This document shows, one piece after another, positions 43,716 to 52,632 of a stretch of 64,000 bases of DNA (the first letter of the stretch is position 1; each line of letters starts with the position of its first letter). Position numbers and translations under genes: made by a program. Source of the stretch: Thalassolituus sp. UBA674 (GTDB taxonomy: Bacteria > Pseudomonadota > Gammaproteobacteria > Pseudomonadales > Oceanobacteraceae); the NCBI GenBank assembly GCA_002298335.1, contig DBNK01000033.1, positions 7,828-71,827 of the forward strand, read 5' to 3'. The notes under the pieces are model-generated. The model ran no database searches, was not told the DNA's origin, and worked only from the letters and a program-made list of their open reading frames with translations.

Positions 43716-45164
43716 ATGGAATGGGAAGTAGTCATCGGCCTTGAGATTCACGCTCAGCTGGCCACCAAATCAAAGATTTTCTCCGGCGCGTCCACCGCCT
43801 ACGGTGCCGACGCCAACACCCAGGCCTGTGCCGTTGATCTCGGCCTGCCGGGCGTATTGCCGGTATTCAACGAAGAAGCCCTGCGCATGGCCGTTAAATT
43901 CGGCCTCGCCATTGATGCCGAAATCGGCCTGAAAAGCGTATTCGACCGTAAAAACTATTTTTACCCGGATTCGCCCAAAGGTTATCAGACCACCCAGCTG
44001 CATCACCCGATCGTGGGCAAAGGTCATATCGAAATCGAACTCGATAACGGCGAAACCAAACGCATTAACGTGACCCGCGCGCACCTCGAAGAAGACGCCG
44101 GTAAATCCGTACACGAAGGCTTTAACGGCATGTCCGGCATCGACCTGAACCGTGCCGGAACACCGCTGGTTGAAATCGTGTCTGAGCCAGAACTGCGCAG
44201 CGCCAAAGAAGCCGCCGCGTACTTCAAAAAAATGCACAGCATCGTCACCTACCTCGGCATCTGTGACGGCGACCTGTCACAGGGTTCCATGCGTTGTGAC
44301 TGTAACGTCTCCCTGCGCCCGAAAGGCCAGGAAGAATTCGGCACCCGTACCGAGATTAAAAACGTCAACAGCTTCCGCAACGTCGAGCGCGCGATCAATT
44401 CTGAAATCGAACGTCAGATGGACATCCTCGAAGACGGTGGCCGCATCATTCAGGAAACCCGCCTGTACGACGCCGACAAAAACGAAACCCGCGCCATGCG
44501 CTCCAAAGAAGTGGAAAACGACTACCGTTATTTCCCCTGCCCGGACCTGCTGCCGGTGATCATTGATCAGAGCTACGTCGACGCCGTAAAAGCTACCCTG
44601 CCGGAACTGCCGGACGCCAAGAAAGCCCGCTTTGAAAGCGACCATGGCCTGTCAGCGACTGACGCCGCCGTACTCGCCTCCAGCCGCGAACTGGCCGACT
44701 ACTTTGAAACCGTCGCCGCAAAAGCCGGAGACTACAAACTGGCCGCCAACTGGGTACAGGGCGACGTCTCAGCCGCACTCAACCGACTGGAAACCACTAT
44801 CAGTGAGCTCGCCGTTTCCGCCGAACAGCTTGGCCGCATCCTGCAACTGATCAAAGACAACACCCTCAACAACGGCGGCGCCAAAGAAGTCTTTAACGCC
44901 CTGCTGGAAGGCAAAGGCGATGATGTAGATAGCCTCGTGGACTCACTGGGCCTGAAACAGGTTTCCGACACAGGCGCCATCGAAGAGATTGTGGCCAAGG
45001 TACTCGCCGACAACCCGAAACTGGTGGAAGGCTACCTCGCCACACCGGTGGATAAGCGTGCTAAAGCGATCGGGCCGTTTATTGGTTTAACGCGAAAGGC
45101 TGCGGCGGGTGTGAATCCGCAGGTGGTGATGGAAGTGTTGAAGAAGAAGCTGGAAGAGCTGTAA
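43716..45164 (+). CDS. gatB: Asp/Glu-tRNA amidotransferase subunit B
   Basis: [15 protein letters not shown]... canonical GatB, 482 aa. Confidence 0.97.
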   Translation: MEWEVVIGLEIHAQLATKSKIFSGASTAYGADANTQACAVDLGLPGVLPVFNEEALRMAVKFGLAIDAEIGLKSVFDRKNYFYPDSPKGYQTTQLHHPIVGKGHIEIELDNGETKRINVTRAHLEEDAGKSVHEGFNGMSGIDLNRAGTPLVEIVSEPELRSAKEAAAYFKKMHSIVTYLGICDGDLSQGSMRCDCNVSLRPKGQEEFGTRTEIKNVNSFRNVERAINSEIERQMDILEDGGRIIQETRLYDADKNETRAMRSKEVENDYRYFPCPDLLPVIIDQSYVDAVKATLPELPDAKKARFESDHGLSATDAAVLASSRELADYFETVAAKAGDYKLAANWVQGDVSAALNRLETTISELAVSAEQLGRILQLIKDNTLNNGGAKEVFNALLEGKGDDVDSLVDSLGLKQVSDTGAIEEIVAKVLADNPKLVEGYLATPVDKRAKAIGPFIGLTRKAAAGVNPQVVMEVLKKKLEEL

Positions 45165-45178
45165 GCTGAATGCTTCCT

Positions 45179-45197
45179 AGGGGCCGCAATGGCCCCT
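45179..45197 (+). terminator. Hairpin after gatB (no clear U-tract)
   Basis: AGGGGCC-gcaat-GGCCCCT, 15 nt after the gatB stop. Confidence 0.4.
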
Positions 45198-45219
45198 TCA
45201 CCACAACTAAGGAAGCAGT

Positions 45220-46647
45220 GTGGTTTCAGAAGCGAATAAGAAAGACATCACCTTTGCCGATTGCGCATTCAGCCCTGAGCGTGAGGAATTAGCAGATCAT
45301 CTTACCGAATACCTGAAACTACAAAAAAACGGCTACGTGCTTAATGTCGACGGAGAATGGGGCTCCGGTAAAACTTTCTTTCTGAAGGCATGGCAAGCAA
45401 AACTTAGAAACAACCACCCTACCTGCTACATTGATGCCTGGACTCTCGACTACCTCAACGAGCCATTGGCGACACTTTCTCGAAAAATACTGGATTCTAT
45501 CCATGAGTATCTTGAGAAATACTCCCTAATCAATCCGAACACGGAAAAGAAAATTCTTAATAGCTTGTACCGTTTAATATCCACCAGCGCAAAAATTGGT
45601 GGTTCTGTCGTTGAAAACACTGTCAGCCCAATCGTGGGCAAGGCGATTTCTATTGGAGCTGTCGAACTAGACGACTTTCTACTTAACTCTGGAAAAGATC
45701 AATTTGAGCTATTCAAAAAAACTGAAGATGCCCTTATTGAATTTAAAGGGACACTTCAAAATCACATCAATGATATTTTTGATAAAGAACCAAAAAGCTC
45801 ACCATTCTTCATTTTCATCGATGAGCTAGACAGGTGCCGTCCAAATTACGCTATTGAAATACTAGAAGCTGTCAAACACCTATTCTGCCTAGAGAACACT
45901 ATATTTGTAATCTCCACCAATAGAATAGAAATGGAAAAGTCGATTCAAAAGGTCTATGGAAGTAACTTTTCATCGCAAGGCTATCTATCGAGATTCTTTG
46001 ATAAAAATATTCACTTAAAGACCCAATCACCTCTAAGATTCCTCAAAGAAAATAAAAAGCTGAAACAAATAACCACAAACTCATTAGATCAATGCTACTT
46101 AAGAGATAACCTGGAAGAGTTAGAGCTACTGAGCAATATATTTGAAAATTACGAATTAAAACCAAGAGAAATAGAAAAAAGTCTTGACAACCTGCTTTTA
46201 GCCACCATTAAACTAAAAGATAAAATATATAGCATTTTTACTTTGACTGAATTATTTTGCATTAAGGAAAAAATGTTCATTGATTTTTCCACAATACGAC
46301 CAAAATCTGCAATCACACTTGAAACATACAAAAGTTTAACCTTATACAATAAGAAAATAATTTCGCCTTTTGGCATGAAGAAATACAAAGATGAAAAAGT
46401 AGCACTGGCAGAGATCATGGAATATGAGCATGACTTCCAAGTAGCACTTTCAATGATTAAGAACAACACCAGATATTCTGACTGTGCAAACACCTTTTTC
46501 AACAAACGACAAAGAAGCGGAAAACTAGATACTTTTGCTGAAAGTATACATAGAAAAATAAGCAATCTATCACATCAAAATACTGAGGAGATTGCTGATT
46601 TATTTGAGCTTTTTGACATTGTTGATTTTTCATCGAGATTTCATTAG
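45220..46647 (+). CDS. KAP family P-loop NTPase (soluble variant)
   Basis: 475 aa. Walker A DGEWGSGKTFFLK and Walker B/KAP signature FFIFIDELDRCRP. GTG start after AAGGAAG. Strongly AT-rich relative to the flanks. Confidence 0.8.
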   Translation: MVSEANKKDITFADCAFSPEREELADHLTEYLKLQKNGYVLNVDGEWGSGKTFFLKAWQAKLRNNHPTCYIDAWTLDYLNEPLATLSRKILDSIHEYLEKYSLINPNTEKKILNSLYRLISTSAKIGGSVVENTVSPIVGKAISIGAVELDDFLLNSGKDQFELFKKTEDALIEFKGTLQNHINDIFDKEPKSSPFFIFIDELDRCRPNYAIEILEAVKHLFCLENTIFVISTNRIEMEKSIQKVYGSNFSSQGYLSRFFDKNIHLKTQSPLRFLKENKKLKQITTNSLDQCYLRDNLEELELLSNIFENYELKPREIEKSLDNLLLATIKLKDKIYSIFTLTELFCIKEKMFIDFSTIRPKSAITLETYKSLTLYNKKIISPFGMKKYKDEKVALAEIMEYEHDFQVALSMIKNNTRYSDCANTFFNKRQRSGKLDTFAESIHRKISNLSHQNTEEIADLFELFDIVDFSSRFH

Positions 46648-46756
46648 AAACCATCAAACTCAAAAATCAAACATACTTTCAAATCCCAGAATCAATTAAC
46701 AAAACCTCTTCAAAAAATATAAATTTCCAAAGTACGTAATAAAGGATAAGGTGACC

Positions 46757-47094
46757 ATCCCCCCTTTTGGGGGATCTTATCCCCCGGCCGGGTGGCCCTC
46801 CCCCTGCTTTCGCGCTTCCTGGGCCGTGTTCCCTTATTTCTTTGGTTCTCTATGAGTACGGCCACACAGGACGTCCATGCTTAGGCAGCCCCGTCCTGTG
46901 TGGCCTGACTCGGCGTCCTGCCTCGCTCCTCATTCGAACCTGCAGAAATCTCGGCGGCCCCAGAGGCACACTTCAACCAGCGACGCCGAGGATGAGATGA
47001 ACATCACTGGGGGCATTGACGTTGGAAGTTGGTATTGGAACTCTCTAAAAATCGCCGTCATTCCGCGGCTTGACCGCGGAATCCAGAGCCTTGA
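46757..47094 (-). repeat. Left arm of a large imperfect palindrome (inverted copy of a ~350-bp repeat unit, truncated at its outer end)
   Basis: Its reverse complement aligns by eye segment by segment with 47095-47450. Matching pieces are the REP-like hairpin, ACATCACTGGGGGCATTGACGTTGGAAGTTGGTATTGG vs ACATTACTGGTGGCCTTGGCGTTGTAGGTGGTATTTGG, CACTTCAACCAGCGACGCCG vs CAGTTCAACCAGCGACACCG, and GCGCGAAAGCAGGGGGAGGGCC vs GCGCGAAGCAGGTGGGTGGGCC. Confidence 0.75.
46859..46904. repeat. 14-bp perfect-stem hairpin inside the left arm
   Basis: GGCCACACAGGACG-(18 nt)-CGTCCTGTGTGGCC. Confidence 0.8.
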
Positions 47095-47134
47095 TCACCG
47101 CTTAATGGATCCCGCGATCAAGTCGCGGGATGAC
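47055..47134. repeat. Pair of inverted REP-like palindromic elements at the centre of the palindrome
   Basis: CGTCATTCCGCGGCTTGACCGCGGAATCCA (47055-47084) and the reverse complement of TGGATCCCGCGATCAAGTCGCGGGATGACG (47105-47134). Each forms a 9-bp stem with a 5-nt loop. Confidence 0.85.
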
Positions 47135-47459
47135 GATTAATTAAGTGGAAACCAAATACCACCTACAACGCCAAGGCCACCAGTAATGTCCTTTCCTTAC
47201 ACGGTGTCGCTGGTTGAACTGCGCCTGTTGCGAGCCGCGTTATTCAAGAACGAGCAGGCTGGAGAAACATGGATGTTTCGACAGGTCAGCTGAGGCATGA
47301 ATGCCGAATCTGACCGTAGCCATGGGAAGTTCGCAGAATGACGTGAATCAGCGAGGAACACAGCGCGAAGCAGGTGGGTGGGCCAGCGCCGGGAGGATGC
47401 CGTCCTCCCAGGAGCAAAAGAGCCGAGTTACTTGGCAGGGCAAGTTGTTAATCCGATCC
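47095..47459 (+). repeat. Repeat unit 1 (full length, direct orientation)
   Basis: It begins AATGGATCCCGCG...GGGATGACG. It contains GCGCGAAGCAGGTGGGTGGGCC, the hairpin GGGAGGAtgccgTCCTCCC and CAAGTTGTTAAT, and ends at the next AAATGGATCCC. Confidence 0.7.
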
Positions 47460-47676
47460 AAATGGATCCCATGTACTTCTTACCGAGGCCGCAGCGAGTT
47501 TGCGGATGACAGTGAAACAGCGAGCAGCTCAGCGCGAAGCAGGAGGGAGCCGGGGCCGCCTAGCCGCGCCGGTCGGGACTAGGCGTCCCCATGCGTCCTC
47601 CCAGGAGCGAAAGAGCAGAATTACCTGGCCGGGCAAGTTGTTAATGCTGTGTCGTCTCCATCTGCAAAATGGATCC
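47460..47676 (+). repeat. Repeat unit 2 (direct, internally deleted, with a ~35-nt insertion), followed by the first 11 nt of a further unit
   Basis: AATGGATCCC...GCGGATGACAGTGAAACAGCGAGC...GCGCGAAGCAGGAGGGAGCC...CCTCCCAGGAGCGAAAGAGC...CAAGTTGTTAATGC...AAATGGATCCC. Confidence 0.7.
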
Positions 47677-47814
47677 CACTCCCCATACCACTTCCCGCGC
47701 CAGTATCCACAAACCGCCTCTGCAACCACCCCAACCTGACACTCGTGCCTTGTGCTGAACTCATGTACAGGATATCGTCCGGGTCAAAATATAATAATAA
47801 AAAGGTACCACCCT

Positions 47815-49944
47815 ATGCGTCTTCTCACGTCTCTGTCCGTGGTTTTATGCCTGACCGGCTGTATGGCCGATGAGCAAATGGTGCTGGATCTCAGTGGTCC
47901 CGACTCCCGCTGGTCATTCTACGATCAGGGCTTCCCGACTGATCTGCGTCAGGATGAGTCCGGTCATCTCGATGTCGCTGACTTCCCGGTTCTGGTTAAG
48001 GCTCCGCTGCTGAAAGATTATGTCGATGTCATCAGCCGTGACACCCTGGGCTTCGCCCCGGAGAGCCCGGTTTACATCCGCTTCAGCGGCGATATTGCCC
48101 CCGGTGACTTTGTTCTGCCGGATGCAGCCGATACCCTGTACAGCACCTCCGCAGTGCAGCTGATCAATGTGGATGCGGACTCTGCCGATCGTGGCAGGCG
48201 CCTGCCAGTCAGCAGCGACTTCCGTTTTGAAGAAGATGAATACCGCCCGGCCGGTCTGTTTCAGGCCTATCCGGTGGGACGCTTCCTGCAGGAAGGGACA
48301 ACCTACGCCCTGATCATTACCCGCGATGTATCGCCGGAGTTTGCGGATGATCTCACGCCCAACCCGGTTCTCAACGCGCTGCTGAAAGGGCAGAACCCAC
48401 GCAACGTTGACCGTCTTATTCCGCGTTCGAAAGCCGAAAAAGCCATGGCCGTGTATGCTCCGCTCGCGGCCCAGCTGGCTCAGGACGGCATTGCCGCCGA
48501 TGACGTGATCGGTGCCGTGGTGTGGACAACAGGCACGCATTCCGAAACTGCACGCCACATTGCTGAGGCCGTTTACGACTGGCCGGTGCCTGCGCTGACG
48601 TCAGACTGGCGTCTGGAGCAGGACATGGACCACTACTGTGTGCTGAAAGCCGACTGGTCAGTACCGACCCTGCAGAAGGGTGTGATGCCGTACGCCTTCC
48701 CACGCTTTGGCGGCAACATTGAGTACGACGCACAGGGTTTCCCGGTGGTGCAGTCGTCACGTGAAACCGAAGTGGTGGTCACCATCCCGAAAGCCCATAT
48801 GCCATCGGCAGGCTGGCCGCTGATGATGTACCACCACGGTACCTACGGCGAAGCCGATCAGGTCTGGGACCGGGGCAAGTACGTGGCTGAAGAAGATCTG
48901 CGCCCATGGGGCTCTGAAGCTGAAATTGCGGCGTTACGCGGTTGGGCAGCGTCCGGCATGAGCGGCCACTTCGGTGCGGATCATCAGGCGCAGCTGCCGG
49001 TGCTGAACTGGTTCTTCGACGGCATTGGTCAGCCGATGAATCTGGTGGAGTACAACTTCCTTAACCCCCAGGCCTTCCGCGATAACCTGCTGCAACAGGT
49101 TGCCGAGCGCATCCTGTTCCGCCGTATGCTGGAACAGCAGCAGATTGATCCATCACTGTGCCCGGGTGCCACCACGAACAAAGAAACCGCCTTCCGCTTC
49201 GACAGCGATATGGAAGTGGTCAGCGGTCAGTCACTCGGCTCCTTTACCGCCACCGGTCAGGTCGCCAGCGATCCGCGTCCGGTCAAAGCCCTGATTCCGT
49301 CCGGTGCCGGTGTCTACGATATCAATCTGGTAATGCAGATTCTGTCGGTCTCTTCCGATGGTACGCCGCTGGGTAATTATCTGGAGCCGGTGTTCTTTGG
49401 TGTGGATAAAAACGACATTGTCGGCGACCCTGCCCACCCTTTCAATGCGCTGGCGGCTCATGCGCTGGCCAGTGCCAACACGGGCTATATGATGGACGCC
49501 CGTAACCGTCGTGAAAGCGACCCTCTGTCAGTACTGACCTTCTTCGGCCACCTGGATGACTGGGTTGTGCTGGAGTCGCAGATCCCGTTTGCTCGGGCAC
49601 TGGGGCTGGATATGGCCGGACCTGAACTGAACGTACCGGATGCCGAAAGCCTGCTGTGGCAACTGCGTTACACAGATACCGCCCAGATCAGCTATCCGGT
49701 CTCAGCCAATAAGGCGGATGGCAGCACCGGGGTATTTGTGCGTTATGCCGAAGATGACATCAAAACCGGCCACAACGTGCTGTTTCAGCACACCGCCGCC
49801 AAGCATCAGTTTGGTTGTGTGCTGCAGGATCTGGCCGCAGGTATGACGCCGACCGTGATTGCTGGTGATTCTCTGGATGGTGACTGTGTCAGCGGTCCGG
49901 TGCTGATTGAAAAGACCGCGCCTGAGCCGTTTCCGGGGGATTGA
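47815..49944 (+). CDS. Lipoprotein with a putative alpha/beta-hydrolase (GxSxG) domain, unknown specificity
   Basis: The start is set at MRLLTSLSVVLCLTGC (lipobox LTGC). The C-terminal half has MMYHHGTYG and a GQSLG nucleophile-elbow-like motif. 709 aa. Confidence 0.6.
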   Translation: MRLLTSLSVVLCLTGCMADEQMVLDLSGPDSRWSFYDQGFPTDLRQDESGHLDVADFPVLVKAPLLKDYVDVISRDTLGFAPESPVYIRFSGDIAPGDFVLPDAADTLYSTSAVQLINVDADSADRGRRLPVSSDFRFEEDEYRPAGLFQAYPVGRFLQEGTTYALIITRDVSPEFADDLTPNPVLNALLKGQNPRNVDRLIPRSKAEKAMAVYAPLAAQLAQDGIAADDVIGAVVWTTGTHSETARHIAEAVYDWPVPALTSDWRLEQDMDHYCVLKADWSVPTLQKGVMPYAFPRFGGNIEYDAQGFPVVQSSRETEVVVTIPKAHMPSAGWPLMMYHHGTYGEADQVWDRGKYVAEEDLRPWGSEAEIAALRGWAASGMSGHFGADHQAQLPVLNWFFDGIGQPMNLVEYNFLNPQAFRDNLLQQVAERILFRRMLEQQQIDPSLCPGATTNKETAFRFDSDMEVVSGQSLGSFTATGQVASDPRPVKALIPSGAGVYDINLVMQILSVSSDGTPLGNYLEPVFFGVDKNDIVGDPAHPFNALAAHALASANTGYMMDARNRRESDPLSVLTFFGHLDDWVVLESQIPFARALGLDMAGPELNVPDAESLLWQLRYTDTAQISYPVSANKADGSTGVFVRYAEDDIKTGHNVLFQHTAAKHQFGCVLQDLAAGMTPTVIAGDSLDGDCVSGPVLIEKTAPEPFPGD

Positions 49945-50001
49945 GTGCAGGAATCATCCACCGCCATCCCCGCTTTGGGGATGAAGCCTGACCTTCTGTA
50001 A

Positions 50002-50025
50002 CAGGGCCTGATCAGTCAGGCCCTG
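50002..50025. terminator. 10-bp perfect hairpin between convergent genes (no U-tract)
   Basis: CAGGGCCTGA-tcag-TCAGGCCCTG. A second hairpin CATCCCC-gcttt-GGGGATG lies at 49965-49983. Confidence 0.5.
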
Positions 50026-50049
50026 CTGCCACAAGCAAGAACAGACGGG

Positions 50050-51402
50050 TCAGATCAGGTAACTCCACCCGCCAGCGATGTAGTCCTTAATCTTCCGGGC
50101 AATGAATGGCCCGTGTGACCTCAGAATAAACGCCAGTAACATTAACCGATAAGCGGCCTGGTGGTTTTCATCCTCCAGGGCCAGAGCCAGATCCCTCAGA
50201 TCGTCTGTTACCGGCCCCTCAAACGCCGCCCGCATCCGGGGTGGAATATCTTCAATGGCCAGAGTCTTACCGGCCTGTGCCGGAATATTGCTCAGCTTCT
50301 GATGCAACCGGTCAGCCAGTGTTGCGGCTTTGGGAGTAGCAAAGACCGGATCATTCTTCAGATCCTTCCTGAGTATCAGCAACTGCTCAAGCACCGAGGG
50401 GAATACATGCTGCTCCAGCTGTTTAACCTTCCACGAGAAAATGGATACCGTGATGGCAAACGCATAGGGTACGAATGAAATACTGAGTTGACTGACCCCG
50501 AACAGAACGTCGGAAAGATAGCGGTAGTAGTCTACGGAAAAACGGTTAATAACCGTCTTTATCTCGTCCGTTTCCAGCTCCTGCAATTCATCACTGTAAT
50601 ACGCCATTTCGTCCAGTACGACTCTGGCTTTATCGTACAGATCCGGATCCCGGGTTTTCAGATAAGAGGCCATTTCCTGCAACTTTCCGGCATGCTGGTT
50701 GAGCGCAGTCAACATCTCGTTCAGTGTTTTCCGGTGAGCGATTTTTTCTCTCTCAGCCTCGTCCGGTGATTGCTCGTATTCCTCAACAGGAATTGGCTTA
50801 ACACCTTTTTTTTCCGGCGTAAAATCAATGGCGAGATTAACCCGGTTTTTGTCGGTGTAATTATACGTCTGGTGATCATAGCTGTAGTCGAATATGACGT
50901 AATCACCTGCCTCAGACACTGGCTGAGTCTGACCGTTACAGGAAATGGTACAGCCATCGCCGACTGATTCCAGAAGAACATGACAGATCAGGTTCTTCTT
51001 CACATGCTTGTGGCTGTCGATCCGGGCGCCGGAGTGCAGATTCAGAAAGCTGACAAAATTGACGTTGGGTATCTGATCAATGAAGGAATACAGGAAAGGG
51101 AAGGCCCTGCGCATTTTCTCGTTGTATTCTGGTTTATTGACCTTGAAAACAGGCAGGGTGGCAAAACGCCCTCCCCGCGAGTCATAGCCTATCTGCTCAC
51201 GGTGAAAGCCACCTTCAAAGACCCAGTCCTGGAAAACCTCATGAATAAAAATACCCACTTCTTCTTCTGACTTATCAAAATGAGCACTATCAAGGTGCGA
51301 CTGGCGTTCTTTCTCTTCATTATCCCGAAGCTCCGCATAGAGCTTCTCTGCGTTATCGACAATCGGCTGAAGAAAGGTAAAGTCCTTTATCGAAAAAAAC
51401 AT
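50050..51402 (-). CDS. Aspartyl/asparaginyl beta-hydroxylase-like (cupin, Fe/2OG) domain fused to a ~240-aa helical C-terminal domain of unknown function
   Basis: Residues ~110-205: NLHSGARIDSHKHVKKNLICHVLLESVGDGCTISCNGQTQPVSEAGDYVIFDYSYDHQTYNYTDKNRVNLAIDF. This follows the AspH/LpxO family pattern (PG..I.pH.h...r.H..L....c.i.v.g....eG....FD....H...N.....RV.L..D). The C-terminal half has no recognised motif. Confidence 0.6.
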   Translation of the reverse strand: MFFSIKDFTFLQPIVDNAEKLYAELRDNEEKERQSHLDSAHFDKSEEEVGIFIHEVFQDWVFEGGFHREQIGYDSRGGRFATLPVFKVNKPEYNEKMRRAFPFLYSFIDQIPNVNFVSFLNLHSGARIDSHKHVKKNLICHVLLESVGDGCTISCNGQTQPVSEAGDYVIFDYSYDHQTYNYTDKNRVNLAIDFTPEKKGVKPIPVEEYEQSPDEAEREKIAHRKTLNEMLTALNQHAGKLQEMASYLKTRDPDLYDKARVVLDEMAYYSDELQELETDEIKTVINRFSVDYYRYLSDVLFGVSQLSISFVPYAFAITVSIFSWKVKQLEQHVFPSVLEQLLILRKDLKNDPVFATPKAATLADRLHQKLSNIPAQAGKTLAIEDIPPRMRAAFEGPVTDDLRDLALALEDENHQAAYRLMLLAFILRSHGPFIARKIKDYIAGGWSYLI

Positions 51403-52280
51403 GAGAACGATTCCAGTGTGTGTATTTGTTTATTGCGCTCATCATCCATAGGAGCGTTTGACAGAACCGGGAATCTGAAAAAGAGGATACTGCGAATATC
51501 GCCGTTATGATAAACCCCGGGGAAAACAGGCACACAACCAAACTGGGCCATCCAGTCAACGATCGCATCGACCATAGGCCAGTTCAGGCTTTTCAGATAC
51601 TGATATCCTTTCTGGATATCTGAAATAAACCACATGATGACTTTTTCATACTTTTCAGTCTGGGTGTACTCAAGAAATGGCGCATCGAAAATACCCGGAT
51701 CTTTAAAGCGCTCCGATATGATCCGGCGTTCACGATCTCTCATAAAATAGAAGTAATGCTTTGAAAGTCCTTCTTCTTTTAATCTGAACTCCTGAGAGAA
51801 CCCGTAGTTCAGTGAGCTGTTCTCGGGCTTGAGTTCACCGTCAGGGCTGATCTTTTCGCTGTGCATATGCTGCAGGGGCACACGGTAATGGAAGTACTCC
51901 ATCGGCGGCTTTTCAGGCTGCATTTTAAGCGCAAATGTGCAACCGGTGAGTTCCAGATTACGGCGTCTGGAGGGCGTCCATTCATGGTAGTGCGAGTTGA
52001 ATCCACGGCGCTGGGTCAGAAAGCGGGCGATTTCCGGGGAGCGTAATCTTCGCCAGTAGCCAGCGTACGCTTTGCAGTTAATGATTTTATCCCGGGTGAA
52101 ATTAATACCAAGATAGGTTTCAAAGGGATAATCACCCGGATCGGTCAACCTGACGTTATCGTAGAAATTTCTCATCGGCTCTGAACTGAGCAGTTCAGGG
52201 ATGAGATTAATCTGGTTCTGAATGGCCGGACTGGTCAATGTACGCTCCTGATTCTGGGCATTTATCTGAGCCGGAAACAC
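51387..52280 (-). CDS. Hypothetical protein, no recognised family; start uncertain (GTG at 52280 or ATG at 52175)
   Basis: 297-aa ORF. Its stop overlaps the downstream hydroxylase-like gene by 16 nt, so the two are likely translationally coupled. Lower GC than the flanks. Confidence 0.5.
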   Translation of the reverse strand: MFPAQINAQNQERTLTSPAIQNQINLIPELLSSEPMRNFYDNVRLTDPGDYPFETYLGINFTRDKIINCKAYAGYWRRLRSPEIARFLTQRRGFNSHYHEWTPSRRRNLELTGCTFALKMQPEKPPMEYFHYRVPLQHMHSEKISPDGELKPENSSLNYGFSQEFRLKEEGLSKHYFYFMRDRERRIISERFKDPGIFDAPFLEYTQTEKYEKVIMWFISDIQKGYQYLKSLNWPMVDAIVDWMAQFGCVPVFPGVYHNGDIRSILFFRFPVLSNAPMDDERNKQIHTLESFSCFFR

Positions 52281-52632
52281 GTTCGGGAAAAGAAGAAGCT
52301 ATATCCTTACCGCTCTTCGCTCAAATCTTTATATTAAGTGACAATTTGTTCAGGAAAAGTACCTGCAGCTTTGATTTCCGATATTATCGACGCTGAAATT
52401 CATTATCAACCTGCCTTGCGGCGGCACTACAGGTATGTCCGCTTCAGCGAAAGTCTGCTGATCATACCCAAAAACGGGAGCGACAAACCGGACGCTCATT
52501 TTCCGGCTGAACAATATGGAGAATATCCGCAGACACACATACTGCCTTGTCGGGTCTGAAATGAATGATTAAGCTGTCAGCTATACTTGAAAGCCAGTTC
52601 AGTAAATACCGGTCTCAGCAGAGGTTCTGAAA

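Noticed and set aside
46968-47220. Integron attC site or gene-cassette interpretation. GTTGAAC at 47212-47218 fits GTTRRRY, and CTTCAAC at 46970-46976 nearly fits RYYYAAC.
   Set aside because: The spacing (~250 bp) is far beyond attC size. The 7-mers are degenerate enough to occur by chance. No intI gene is present in the window. The inverted repeats are better explained as arms of the larger palindrome.
46757-47740. Whether this is a CRISPR array, or whether the ORFs in the repeat block are real genes (46767-47000, 46877-47140, 47301-47582, 47500-47739, 47529-47729).
   Set aside because: The repeats are long (>100 nt), degenerate and partly inverted, not short identical direct repeats with unique spacers. 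The ORFs are P/G/R/A-rich translations of the repeat units themselves.
52338-52559. Small ORFs in the idi-divergent spacer as candidate RiPP precursors (52338-52559 +, 73 aa; 52350-52538 -, 62 aa).
   Set aside because: Both start with GTG and have no convincing SD. They overlap each other on opposite strands, and there is no leader/core-like pattern or Cys/Ser/Thr enrichment. They are kept only as something to test within the operon finding.
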